Shown one piece after another: positions 1 through 8,885 of a stretch of 32,000 nucleotides of DNA. The DNA is from an uncultured Acidobacteriota bacterium (GTDB taxonomy: Bacteria > Acidobacteriota > Terriglobia > Terriglobales > Acidobacteriaceae). Where the stretch lies: the NCBI GenBank assembly GCA_963696525.1, contig CAVOKO010000012.1, positions 1,024,275-1,056,274 on the forward strand, given 5' to 3'. The notes below the pieces were generated by a model. It was not told the origin of the DNA and searched no databases. It worked only from the letters and a program-made list of their open reading frames with translations. The first letter of the stretch is position 1. Each line of letters begins with the position of its first letter. The translations under genes were made by a program, and so were the position numbers.

Positions 1-155
1 CGCTCGACAACACCGGCATAGACGGTTTGGCCCGGCCGCATCAGGTCGTGCGCCAGCTTATCCGCGAGCAGAATGTGGGCGCCACGCCCGCGCAGCATCT
101 TCGCGACCGTCGTTTTGCCGCAGGCGACACCGCCGGTAAGTCCTACGCGCAACAT
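1..155 (-). CDS. coaE: Dephospho-CoA kinase, N-terminal part (runs off the left window edge)
   Basis: Reverse complement of 155..1 reads MLRVGLTGGVACGKTTVAKMLRGRGAHILLADKLAHDLMRPGQTVY..., with P-loop GGVACGKTT and CoaE-typical 'ADKLAHDLM'. Confidence 0.85.
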   Translation of the reverse strand, partial: MLRVGLTGGVACGKTTVAKMLRGRGAHILLADKLAHDLMRPGQTVYAGVVE

Positions 156-222
156 GTGCCGGTCTCCGGGACAACCACCTCAAAGCGCCTTCAGCTCTTC
201 CGCGTCTTGCCGGGAGCGGAGC

Positions 223-1197
223 CTAAGCTTTCGCCGGCAGTCCGTGGCGAGCGCCTCGGCGCAGGGCGGCGGCTTTCACCGTATTCACCATTAGCATAGC
301 GATGGTTAGGGGACCAACCCCGCCGGGCACAGGGGTGAGCGCACCGGCCACCTCGGCAACCTTGGGATGCACGTCGCCGACGAGGGTCGAACCCTTGGCT
401 GCAAAATCCGCCGCGCGCTTGGCGTCGCCGGCAAAATACTTGTCGAACTCGGCGCGCTCGGTGATGCGATTGATGCCGACGTCGATGACGGTAGCGCCCG
501 GTTTGACGAACTCGGGCGTGATCATGCCTATCTTTCCTATAGCGGCAATCAGGATGTCGCCACGGCGGCATACTCCAGGCAGATCGCGGGTACGCGAATG
601 ACAGATGGTAACGGTTGCGTTGGCGTTGGTGAGCAGCATCGCCACGGGCTTGCCCACGATGTCGCTGCGGCCGACCACGACCGCTTCCTGTCCCTCGATG
701 GGAATCCGCGAGCGGCGTAGGATCTCGATCACTCCGCAGGGCGTGCATGGCACCAGTCCGGGCCGCCCGGTCGAAAGATAGCCCACGTTGAGCGGATGAA
801 AGCCATCCACATCCTTCGCGGGATCGACCGCCAGCAGCACACGCTTGGAGTCCACCTGCCTGGGCAGGGGCAGTTGCACCAGAATGCCATCGATATCGTC
901 GCGGACGTTGAGCCCGGCGATCAGGGCCAACATCTCCTCGGTAGTAATGTTTTCCGGAGGGGTTATTTTTTCACTGAACAAACCAAGCGCTTCGCAGGTT
1001 TTCACCTTATTGCGGACGTAAATCTCCGAAGCCGGATTTTGGCCTACCAGTACGGCGGCGAGGCCCGGTTTGAGGCCGTGCAGGCTCAGGCTCTTCACTT
1101 GTTCCGCGACTTCCGACTTAATGGCGGCGGCAATCCTGTTTCCGTCCAGAACGGTGGCTGGCATGGCTTCGTACCTGTCCCTGAAAGTGTGCTCCAC
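223..1197 (-). CDS. folD: Bifunctional methylenetetrahydrofolate dehydrogenase / methenyltetrahydrofolate cyclohydrolase
   Basis: 324-aa ORF with FolD motifs: VGQNPASEIYVRNK, DIDGILVQLPLP, DVDGFHPLNVG, VVGRSDIVGKP, TPVPGGVGPLTIAML. True start is probably internal (MPATVLDG). Confidence 0.97.
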   Translation of the reverse strand: MEHTFRDRYEAMPATVLDGNRIAAAIKSEVAEQVKSLSLHGLKPGLAAVLVGQNPASEIYVRNKVKTCEALGLFSEKITPPENITTEEMLALIAGLNVRDDIDGILVQLPLPRQVDSKRVLLAVDPAKDVDGFHPLNVGYLSTGRPGLVPCTPCGVIEILRRSRIPIEGQEAVVVGRSDIVGKPVAMLLTNANATVTICHSRTRDLPGVCRRGDILIAAIGKIGMITPEFVKPGATVIDVGINRITERAEFDKYFAGDAKRAADFAAKGSTLVGDVHPKVAEVAGALTPVPGGVGPLTIAMLMVNTVKAAALRRGARHGLPAKA

Positions 1198-1205
1198 CTC
1201 TAGTG

Positions 1206-1321
1206 GGCTGCTGAAAAACGCGCCGAAGCAACGAGCGAGGCGCTATCGAATGTGCAATCCAGAAGTGAAGTGTACAAGATATTGGGGGCTAGTCCCTCCC
1301 AAAACTTGCTTTTCAGCAGCC
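1206..1321. repeat. Intergenic element bounded by 12-bp perfect inverted repeat GGCTGCTGAAAA / TTTTCAGCAGCC
   Basis: Left arm 1206-1217, right arm 1310-1321. The arm sequence resembles the termini of the element at 2105-2257. Confidence 0.5.
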
Positions 1322-1556
1322 TGTTAGTGTATCAACCCGTAAAGCGATGCCGCTCCCGCAAGGTAAAGCAACTGCCAGACTGTTGCCGTGTTTATCACTG
1401 AAGTAATGACAAGCAAGGTAAGTAATTAGAAAACAGTAACCTTGCTTGGAATGTGCTAGCACTCAGCGGAATGCAGGGCATTATCTTCGGCAAAAATTCC
1501 ATGCAACGTCCTTAAGCAATCGCGAGTCTAACCGATGGTAGGAGAGTAGGTCTGAG

Positions 1557-1808
1557 GTGACTATGCGGGAGATCTTGACGGAAAGCTGCAAGTTTTCGAC
1601 GCCAGAGGTGGCTGGGTTGCGGAACAGTATGCTGCAGGAGGTGCTGGATTTACGCGCCGCGGCGGAAGTGCTCCAGCTATTCCTCATGGGAAGGGGATAC
1701 GGGGTCTCCAGTGACGACGCCCGCGAAGCAGTCGGTCGATTTGGCGTAGCGGGCTGGCCAGTTGAGGAGATACAGCGAGAGCTGAATCGTATCGCCCTGG
1801 TTCAATAG
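1557..1808 (+). CDS. Small hypothetical protein (83 aa)
   Basis: Open frame with helical, charged, non-repetitive composition in an otherwise gene-free interval. No recognised family. Confidence 0.4.
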   Translation: MTMREILTESCKFSTPEVAGLRNSMLQEVLDLRAAAEVLQLFLMGRGYGVSSDDAREAVGRFGVAGWPVEEIQRELNRIALVQ

Positions 1809-2104
1809 ATCTGGTTCAGTAAATCTGGTTCAGCAACTTAGGTTGTTGGTTCAGCAAAGTTAAGCGTGGTATTCACAAAAACGGCCTGCGCAATCAGCGC
1901 GGGCCTTTTAATTTTGCCGGCGCCCACATCCGTCGACCGTTGAGGCTGGCCGTCGATTGGAGTGCTCTGGTTCCGGAATACATCATCCCTGGTTTTGCTA
2001 TACCCCGAAACTTAAGTTCCTGTTGTGTTGCCGCGGATAATTCGGTAACAATGGCAGCGCTTTCAACTTCGTCGGTACTTGCGACGTGGCACAGGTTCGA
2101 TTTA

Positions 2105-2257
2105 GCAGGTTGCTGAAAAACTGCTCTCTGAGTGTGTCATCCCGAGCGCAGCGAGAAATCTGCTTTTCGTGCGCGATGAAAGTAAAGCAGATCCCTCGGT
2201 CGCGCAAAGCCAACGCGACTTCGGGATGACACTGGTACGAGTTTTTTAGCGGCCTGC
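2105..2257. repeat. MITE/REP-like nested inverted-repeat element
   Basis: Outer imperfect IR GCAGGTTGCTGAAAAAC (2105-2121) / GTTTTTTAGCGGCCTGC (2241-2257). Inner IR GTGTCATCCCGA (2134-2145) / TCGGGATGACAC (2221-2232). Third IR CGAGAAATCTGCTTT (2152-2166) / AAAGCAGATCCCTCG (2184-2198). Confidence 0.65.
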
Positions 2258-2343
2258 AGTTCGCGATACCTGTTGGAAGGCTGAAAGGATTCGGGGTACG
2301 GCCGCACTTGCGCAGTCGGCAAAAGGTGTAAAAGGAGGCTTGA

Positions 2344-3351
2344 ATGAAGCAGAATCGCAGAGAGTTTCTGAGACTGACGGGCGCTGCCACCGTCGCAGTT
2401 ACTGGCGGATTGGGAGCGGCGCAGGCAGAAGTGAAGCCTACCGCCAACCACAAGCGTGGCATGGCGCGCGGCTTGACGTTGTTGACCCTGCGGCATAACG
2501 GGGAATATCGGCTTGGCGTAAAGACCGACAAGGGCATTCTGGATGTAAAAGAGGCGGCCAGCAAGTTGAAGATGGGCGCTCCGGTTACCATGGACGAGCT
2601 ACTGCAAAACGAAGATGGCCCGAGGCTAAACGCGCTGGTCGATGCTGCGCTAAAGTCCAACGCGATCGCTTCTGTATTCCGTAAAGAGGAAACGATCGAG
2701 TACGGACCGGTTGTTGTCCAGCCGGAAAAAATTGTCGGCGTGGGAATCAACTACCGGAGGCATGCCAAGGAAGTAAACCTGCCGATTCAGAAGCGCCCCG
2801 TGCTCTTTAACAAGTACAATTGCGCGCTAAACCATCACCAGGGCACGATCAAGCTTCCGGTCGAGGTAGCCACCAAGTTCGATTATGAAGTCGAACTGGT
2901 GATCGTGATGGGCAAGCAGGCAAGCAACGTCAGTGAGGCGGATGCGCTCTCGTACGTCGCAGGCTATTGCACCGGCAACGACTTCTCGGCGAGAGATTTG
3001 CAGTTTGAAGTTTGCCTTATGCTCGGAAAGACGCTCAATGAATTTGCTCCCCTGGGCCCATACTTTGTAACCGCCGATCAGGTAGATCCCGACAACCTTA
3101 AGATCGAATGTCGCGTCAATGGCGAGACGCGCCAGTCGTCTAACACTAACGATATGATCTATAGCTCGCGCCAGCTTGTCAGCTACATCTCACGCTACGT
3201 TACGCTCAGGCCAGGCGACATTATATTTACCGGCACGCCGGAAGGCGTGATCCTGGGCCGTCCCAAGGACAAACAGGTCTGGCTGAAGGCAGGGGACAAG
3301 ATTGCCTGCAGCCTGGAAAAGCTGGGAGAGCTGAAGTTTGAATTGGTCTAA
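2344..3351 (+). CDS. Fumarylacetoacetate hydrolase family protein with Tat-type signal peptide
   Basis: 335 aa. N-terminus MKQNRREFLRLTGAATVAVTGGLGAAQA is a Tat leader (RREFLR). FAH-fold motifs: GVGINYRRHAKE, KYNCALNHHQG, DYEVELVIVMGK, GNDFSARDLQF, ILNxF-like LNEFAPLGPYFVT, DIIFTGTPEGV. Confidence 0.92.
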   Translation: MKQNRREFLRLTGAATVAVTGGLGAAQAEVKPTANHKRGMARGLTLLTLRHNGEYRLGVKTDKGILDVKEAASKLKMGAPVTMDELLQNEDGPRLNALVDAALKSNAIASVFRKEETIEYGPVVVQPEKIVGVGINYRRHAKEVNLPIQKRPVLFNKYNCALNHHQGTIKLPVEVATKFDYEVELVIVMGKQASNVSEADALSYVAGYCTGNDFSARDLQFEVCLMLGKTLNEFAPLGPYFVTADQVDPDNLKIECRVNGETRQSSNTNDMIYSSRQLVSYISRYVTLRPGDIIFTGTPEGVILGRPKDKQVWLKAGDKIACSLEKLGELKFELV

Positions 3352-3359
3352 CCGCACGA

Positions 3360-3863
3360 TTGAAGCTCAATGCCTATTCGAGCAAGGCGGTTGATAGGAT
3401 TCTGACAAGCATGGCTGATCCGTTCAGGCAAGCACAGATTCCACCCAGAGGCGAACACCTGCTTCTTTACGACGGGGTATGCGGCTTGTGTAATCGTCTG
3501 AACAGCTTCGTGCTGTCGCAGGATACTAGGGGCGCATTCGATTTTGCCTCGCTCCAAAGTGTGGTGGGGCAATCCACCTTGCAGCGCTTCGGCAGAAACC
3601 CAGAAAATCTGACCACCCTTTGCCTGGTAACTAACTACCGCTTTGAATCGCGGGCGCTACTTTTGAAAGCCGGGGCGGTGCTGTTCGTGATGAAGCAGCT
3701 TGGCCCTCCCTGGAGTTGGCTTGCGGTCTTTGGAGTTTTCCCGAGGACCTTGTTAGACCGCGTCTACGACTGGATCGCGCGAAACCGCTACCGGTTCTTC
3801 GGCCGGTACGAGAGTTGTCCGATACCGAACACCGAACACAAGAAGCGTTTCATCGATGTATGA
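3360..3863 (+). CDS. DUF393 / thiol-disulfide oxidoreductase DCC-family protein
   Basis: LLLYDGVCGLCNRLNSFVLSQD...FDFASLQS matches the DxxCxxC DCC-family signature. Confidence 0.85.
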   Translation: MKLNAYSSKAVDRILTSMADPFRQAQIPPRGEHLLLYDGVCGLCNRLNSFVLSQDTRGAFDFASLQSVVGQSTLQRFGRNPENLTTLCLVTNYRFESRALLLKAGAVLFVMKQLGPPWSWLAVFGVFPRTLLDRVYDWIARNRYRFFGRYESCPIPNTEHKKRFIDV

Positions 3864-4451
3864 AACTAGGGCTGAAACTCTCATCAACCTAACCGGTTCC
3901 TGAAAGAGGTGGTTGCCCTGATGTGAGCACGCGAGCAATTGCGTTACGAAACATGGGCGTGTGTTTCCATGAGACTGCGACGATTGACCTCTGCCTGCTT
4001 TCCCGATTTGGTACATGAATTGAAATGTACATATTGCGCAACTGCTTCTGGGTGGTAAGCTGCAACCACCTGACCTAGACGATTAAACCGATCTTACCCC
4101 GCTCGCTCGTGAACCGACGGCACTTGGGGCACAAGGTAAAGACAGCAAATGGGGACAGGTAAGGACTGTTTTGCGGTTGGATAGCGGCGAAGGACGCAAT
4201 CCTATATGCCTGAAGGGGTTCAGGGACCTACCGGGTTTGTCGATCCTGTGCCGAGTGGCCCTGCCTTCAGAGGAACATGCATGCGAGCCGATTCGAGTCC
4301 AACAATTTCAGCCAGCACTACTCCGGGACAATCAACGTTCAAGGGCAAAGGGACTTCTACAATGCGCAGTCTTAATAAGGCATTTGTCGACAAGGAAGTA
4401 CTTTTTTGCAGCAGCGCCGACTCTCGTTGTGGCGTTGCGCCAAGCGGTTTT

Positions 4452-6602
4452 ATGCCACGTTTGGCCAAATTGGATCGCCACTATCTCGTGTCCCGCTCCC
4501 GCTTTCTGTTGAGCGTGACCGTCTGCCTTCTGCTGCTGTGCATTGCACAGCCGCTCTGGGCCAAACCGGGGGTGACCTGTGTCCATGTGCAGTTGGGGTC
4601 AACCTCGAGCACAAGCATGACATTGCCTCCTGTGAGCGTAGGGCTGTTAGGTAGCCCGCCCATTAGGGTGTTCACCTTTGGCACTGAGAACCTTGATTTT
4701 ATCCTGGACAGCGCAACTAGCTGTAACGCGGGTGGAAACTGCTCGGTAGTTGTGCAGTTTCTGCCCACGGCTCCCGGTTTTCGCGGGGGAGCCGCAGTAA
4801 TTTATGACGACGACAATATGCCGGCATTTATCCTCCCGCTCTGCGGCATCGGCGATGCGCCAATGACAGCTCTATCGCCGGGTACCACTAGCGTGATCGG
4901 CACTGGCACCCAAACTACGAATAATCCCAAACAGATCGCCATCGATGGCGCGGGCAATATGTATGTCGGTAACTCTACCGACATGGATGTGGTACAGGTG
5001 CCAACCGGCGGTGGTGCTCCGTCGGTGATGAACACCGGTTTATTGACCTTGGGTAACGTCGCCGGTGTAGCCCTCGATGGAGCCGGCAACCTGTTTATTT
5101 CGGATAATAGTAATAGTCAAATTGTTGTGGTGATGGCGCCGCTGCTGCCGCAGCCGATGTTCGTTAATGCCTACGTGCTCAGCATTAGCGGCCTAACGTT
5201 GAACGCGCCTGGCGCCTTGGCATTCGATGCACTCGGCAATCTATATATTGGCGATCAAGGAAACAATCGCGTTGTAAAAGTAGGCACCCTGACACCGTCG
5301 CCGGGGGGGATATCGGGTGCAGGAACGGTAATCGCTACGCCCGGCTTTTCCCTAGGCAACCCTGGCAACGGCGGTGCTCTAGGCGTGGCGGCGTCTGCGG
5401 ATGGAACCGTCGTCTATATCGCGGATGGGTTTAACAATCGTGTTATCCAGGTAGCAACAGGAGCAGCATCCTTGCTGGTTCCTTCCGGTATCACTCCTCT
5501 ATTAAACGGCCCCCAAGGAGTTAGCGTAGATGGGATGGGAAATGTCTACATTGCGGATTCAGGCAATAACCGCATCGTGCAAGTGACAACCGCAGGCATT
5601 GCTTCCGTGGTGCAGATGCTCGGCCTGCCGATTCCATCAGCCCTGAATTCCCCCTCTGGCGTGGCGGTGGACACTTCCGGAAATATCTTCATTCCGGACT
5701 CGAACAACAATCGAATTGTGGAGGTGAATGTTTCGGGAGCTTCCCTGGCATTTGCCAACACCACGGTGGGTTCGACCAGCGGGGATAGCCCGCAAACGGC
5801 GACCGTAACTAACCTGGGCAATCAGGCGCTGGTTTTTTCGGCTAGTCCGACTTATACGGCTAGCTTCTCCGAAAATAACGGTGACACAAACGTATGCACC
5901 TCGAGCACGTCACTGTCGGCCGGTACTGTCTGCGATGTTTCAGTGAAGTTTACGCCACAATCCGTTGGCAGTCTGAAAGCAAGTATCACGCTGACGGACA
6001 ACGCACTGAACGCGCCTAAGAGCACGCAGCAGGTTTCAGTCAGCGGCACGGGTCTTGCCCCTCCCGTGATCGACTTCACCATAGGCGTCTCAGCCGGTAG
6101 TGCCGCGTCGGTCACGGTGACAGCGGGGGGGGCGGCAGGTTATGCACTGGCAGTCAGCCCAATCGGTAGCTCTACCTTTACCTCAGTGGTGACCTTTACC
6201 GTGAGCGGCCTGCCCACAGGGGCGACGGCGACATTCACACCACCGACGTTGCCCGCCGGGAGCAGCGCAACCAACGTGACGTTGACAATTTACTATTCAG
6301 GGCAGACAGCGACGCTCCACCGAAATAGTCTCCATGGATATGGACTGGCGCTGCTGATGGTGGGGGTGCTTCTGTTGCCCTTCGGAGGAAGGATACGCCG
6401 AGCGGCCAGCGAACGAAGCCGTCAGGCATTTCTGCTGGTTCTGGTGCTAGCAGGGACAGGTGCCATGGCGGGGCTCATGGGCTGCAGCGGAAGTACAACT
6501 AGCGGTTACTTAGTCAACCAGCAACAGACCTACGCCGTGACCGTGACAGCCACCTCGGGCTCAGTTTCGCACTCAACCAATGTCAGCCTGACAGTGCACT
6601 AA
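4452..6602 (+). CDS. Secreted/surface NHL-repeat beta-propeller protein with choice-of-anchor (ASPM-SPD-2-Hydin-like) Ig domain
   Basis: Track ORF 4206..6602; signal peptide most plausible from Met at 4452 (MPRLAKLDRHYLVSRSRFLLSVTVCLLLLCIAQPLWA). About six NHL-type repeats (e.g. SVDGMGNVYIADSGNNRIVQV, AVDTSGNIFIPDSNNNRIVEV), then ASLAFANTTVGSTSG...SVSGTG Ig-like domain. Confidence 0.85.
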   Translation: MPRLAKLDRHYLVSRSRFLLSVTVCLLLLCIAQPLWAKPGVTCVHVQLGSTSSTSMTLPPVSVGLLGSPPIRVFTFGTENLDFILDSATSCNAGGNCSVVVQFLPTAPGFRGGAAVIYDDDNMPAFILPLCGIGDAPMTALSPGTTSVIGTGTQTTNNPKQIAIDGAGNMYVGNSTDMDVVQVPTGGGAPSVMNTGLLTLGNVAGVALDGAGNLFISDNSNSQIVVVMAPLLPQPMFVNAYVLSISGLTLNAPGALAFDALGNLYIGDQGNNRVVKVGTLTPSPGGISGAGTVIATPGFSLGNPGNGGALGVAASADGTVVYIADGFNNRVIQVATGAASLLVPSGITPLLNGPQGVSVDGMGNVYIADSGNNRIVQVTTAGIASVVQMLGLPIPSALNSPSGVAVDTSGNIFIPDSNNNRIVEVNVSGASLAFANTTVGSTSGDSPQTATVTNLGNQALVFSASPTYTASFSENNGDTNVCTSSTSLSAGTVCDVSVKFTPQSVGSLKASITLTDNALNAPKSTQQVSVSGTGLAPPVIDFTIGVSAGSAASVTVTAGGAAGYALAVSPIGSSTFTSVVTFTVSGLPTGATATFTPPTLPAGSSATNVTLTIYYSGQTATLHRNSLHGYGLALLMVGVLLLPFGGRIRRAASERSRQAFLLVLVLAGTGAMAGLMGCSGSTTSGYLVNQQQTYAVTVTATSGSVSHSTNVSLTVH

Positions 6603-6619
6603 GAAGAGGAGCAGAGATC

Positions 6620-7252
6620 ATGCGTAAGACATCATTCATGGGAATTATGCTCCTCGGAGCATTGACAACAGGACTGACGGCGCGAGCACAGCAAGCACAA
6701 CCGGTGCAAGAATTCCGGTTGCAATCGGCCGACTTGGCGGTGACCTACACCACGGAAAGGGCGAAAATCTCGCCCGGCGACTGCGGTTGCTTCTGGCTGC
6801 AAGGCGGAAGCGCCAATGCCGCGTTAACCTTCTTCCATGGCTTGGGTGTGGCGGCGAACCTGAGTGGCGGCCATGCATCCAACATCGCGCCGGGCGTGGA
6901 TGTCAGCAAAGTGAGTTTCATAGCTGGCCCGCGCTACACCTACAACACGTCGCGCTGGTCGGATAGTTACCTGGACGTAAAGCGTGGGACCAGCGTCTTC
7001 GGTGAGTGGCTCTTCGGCGGCGTGTATGCCTTTAACGGCCTATTCCCGGCTACGGCTGGAGGATTCAAGAGCAGCGCCAGTGCCTTCGCCATGCAAGTCG
7101 GCGGAGGCTTGGATGTCGCGCTCGGTAACGGCTTCAGCGTGCGCGCTTTTGAACTCGACTATGTTCGCAGCGATCTGCCCAATAACGGCACCGATACCCA
7201 GAACCATCTTCGTCTTGCCTTTGGAGTGTCTTACCACATCCAAAGACATTGA
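6620..7252 (+). CDS. Outer membrane beta-barrel protein
   Basis: Signal peptide MRKTSFMGIMLLGALTTGLTARAQQ; alternating amphipathic strands; barrel-like C-terminus ...HLRLAFGVSYHIQRH; 17 bp downstream of the NHL protein. Confidence 0.75.
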   Translation: MRKTSFMGIMLLGALTTGLTARAQQAQPVQEFRLQSADLAVTYTTERAKISPGDCGCFWLQGGSANAALTFFHGLGVAANLSGGHASNIAPGVDVSKVSFIAGPRYTYNTSRWSDSYLDVKRGTSVFGEWLFGGVYAFNGLFPATAGGFKSSASAFAMQVGGGLDVALGNGFSVRAFELDYVRSDLPNNGTDTQNHLRLAFGVSYHIQRH

Positions 7253-7510
7253 GGGTGCGATGAGGATCTTTAGATTAGGACACAACAATCTAGTGGCCCG
7301 TTTGCGAGTGCGCGACCTCTGAGACTAGAGCGGAACCAGAGTTGCTATACCCTGGCAGCAATCGGTTGAGCGTGTCACCGTGAGGAGTGTCGCCCGTTGT
7401 TGGCGCGCAAGACATGAGGGTCGTATAATATTTCAGTTTACGAACCCCAAAAGGATATTTCAGTTCAAGATGCTCGCAAGGACATGGCGCGCATCTTGAG
7501 GAGGTAGCGA

Positions 7511-8788
7511 ATGGAAGGTTTGCAAACGATCCTGTTACTTCTGGTTTATGTAGGTCTCGTGATCTTTGCCATGCGCGGTGGCAATCTGATCTTTGGCTTC
7601 CTTCTATCCGCATTGGCTTGGGCGATCATCGGACATGTTCCGTGTATGGCCACGGTTAACGATGTCATCCAAAAAGGAGCGGAAAGCTACGGTCCTACCG
7701 CCATTGTGGTCATCTTCGGCAGTTGGTTCGGCCGCATGCTTGTCGAAACCGGTATAGCCGGATCCCTAATCCGGAGAGCTGTCGAGCTTGGCGGTGATAA
7801 ACCGCTGATCACGACGATTCTGGTGTCGCTGGTCACCACGTTCATTTTTACCAGCACTTTCGGCGTCGGGGCGGTCATCGCTATTGGCGTAATCGCGCTC
7901 CCTGTATTGTTGTCAATCGGGGTCGCCGAACGAATAGCGGTTCCAGCATTTACCATGTCCATCGGCGCGGCGATGTACATCAATCAAGTACTTTTCAAGC
8001 AGATTGTCATGTTCTTTCCGCCGGACTCGGTGCCCTTTACCGGGCGCTATTTCAAATTCGGCATTACCGCAATGGCTCTTTCAATCGCGGTTATCGTGTT
8101 GATGCTGACCTATAACCTTGCTATAAGAAAGCCGGTCAAGGCGTGGGCGGTTTCCACGCCGCAGGTGAACGTAGTCCACGTACCGGCCATTGCTTATATC
8201 GTTCCGATCGTGCCTGTACTAATGGCCGTTATCTTCCAATGGCCTCCGTTGCCGGGCATGATCCTGGCGATTGTACTGACACTCGTCACATCACGTAAAT
8301 TGCTTCCTTGGAAGAATGCGCAGTCAATACTGCTCAGGGCGCTGAAAGACGGCACGACAGACGTAGCGCTGCTGTTGGGTATGCTGTTTACTCTGGCAAT
8401 GTTCGGCGCGGCGGCAGGTAAAGTCGCCGGCATATTCAAGGCAGTACTGGGACCATTTATCCCATCCAATCCCTGGACAATTGCGATCACGTTCGGAGCA
8501 TTGGCGCCTCTGGGTCTGTTCCGTGGACCGCTGATGGCATGGGGTGCTGGCAGTGCTACCATTGCTATCCTGGTGGCGATGAAGATTTTCCCGCCGGTGT
8601 TATTGCTGCCGCTCGTATACGTTCCGTCCATTTCAATGGCCATAGCCATGTGTCCCACGCAGTCGTGGAACCTGTGGGCAATCAGCTACACCAAGCTGAG
8701 CATTACCGAGCACCTCAAGACTGGCGTAGGCTGGGCATGGTTGACAGTTTTAATCAATGCGCTATTAGCTGTTTATATGTTTGGCTAA
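7511..8788 (+). CDS. Multi-pass membrane transporter, putative organic-acid/ion permease (gluconate/citrate transporter-like)
   Basis: 425 aa, about 11-12 hydrophobic segments, repeated two-half layout with TSTFGVGAVIAIGVIALPVLLSIG and paired C-terminal segments. Substrate cannot be assigned. Confidence 0.65.
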   Translation: MEGLQTILLLLVYVGLVIFAMRGGNLIFGFLLSALAWAIIGHVPCMATVNDVIQKGAESYGPTAIVVIFGSWFGRMLVETGIAGSLIRRAVELGGDKPLITTILVSLVTTFIFTSTFGVGAVIAIGVIALPVLLSIGVAERIAVPAFTMSIGAAMYINQVLFKQIVMFFPPDSVPFTGRYFKFGITAMALSIAVIVLMLTYNLAIRKPVKAWAVSTPQVNVVHVPAIAYIVPIVPVLMAVIFQWPPLPGMILAIVLTLVTSRKLLPWKNAQSILLRALKDGTTDVALLLGMLFTLAMFGAAAGKVAGIFKAVLGPFIPSNPWTIAITFGALAPLGLFRGPLMAWGAGSATIAILVAMKIFPPVLLLPLVYVPSISMAIAMCPTQSWNLWAISYTKLSITEHLKTGVGWAWLTVLINALLAVYMFG

Positions 8789-8885
8789 ACCAGCTACATC
8801 CAGCTGTGCCCGCACGCTGCGCGATTGCACAATACATACGCGCGAAACGAAATGAGATGGCTGTACTGCCGAGAGTTGAGACGTT

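Noticed and set aside
191-748. 185-aa minus-strand ORF
   Set aside because: Alternate frame of folD on the same strand; Arg/Pro-rich composition typical of out-of-frame translation.
1998-2750. 250-aa minus-strand ORF (MIPTPTIFSGWTTTG...)
   Set aside because: Antisense to the Tat-FAH gene and through the palindromic repeat; low-complexity, no family signature.
4171-4512. ORFs upstream and at the 5' end of the NHL protein, including the extended 4206 start
   Set aside because: The signal peptide begins at about 4452; the upstream portion has no conserved features and probably represents leader/intergenic sequence.
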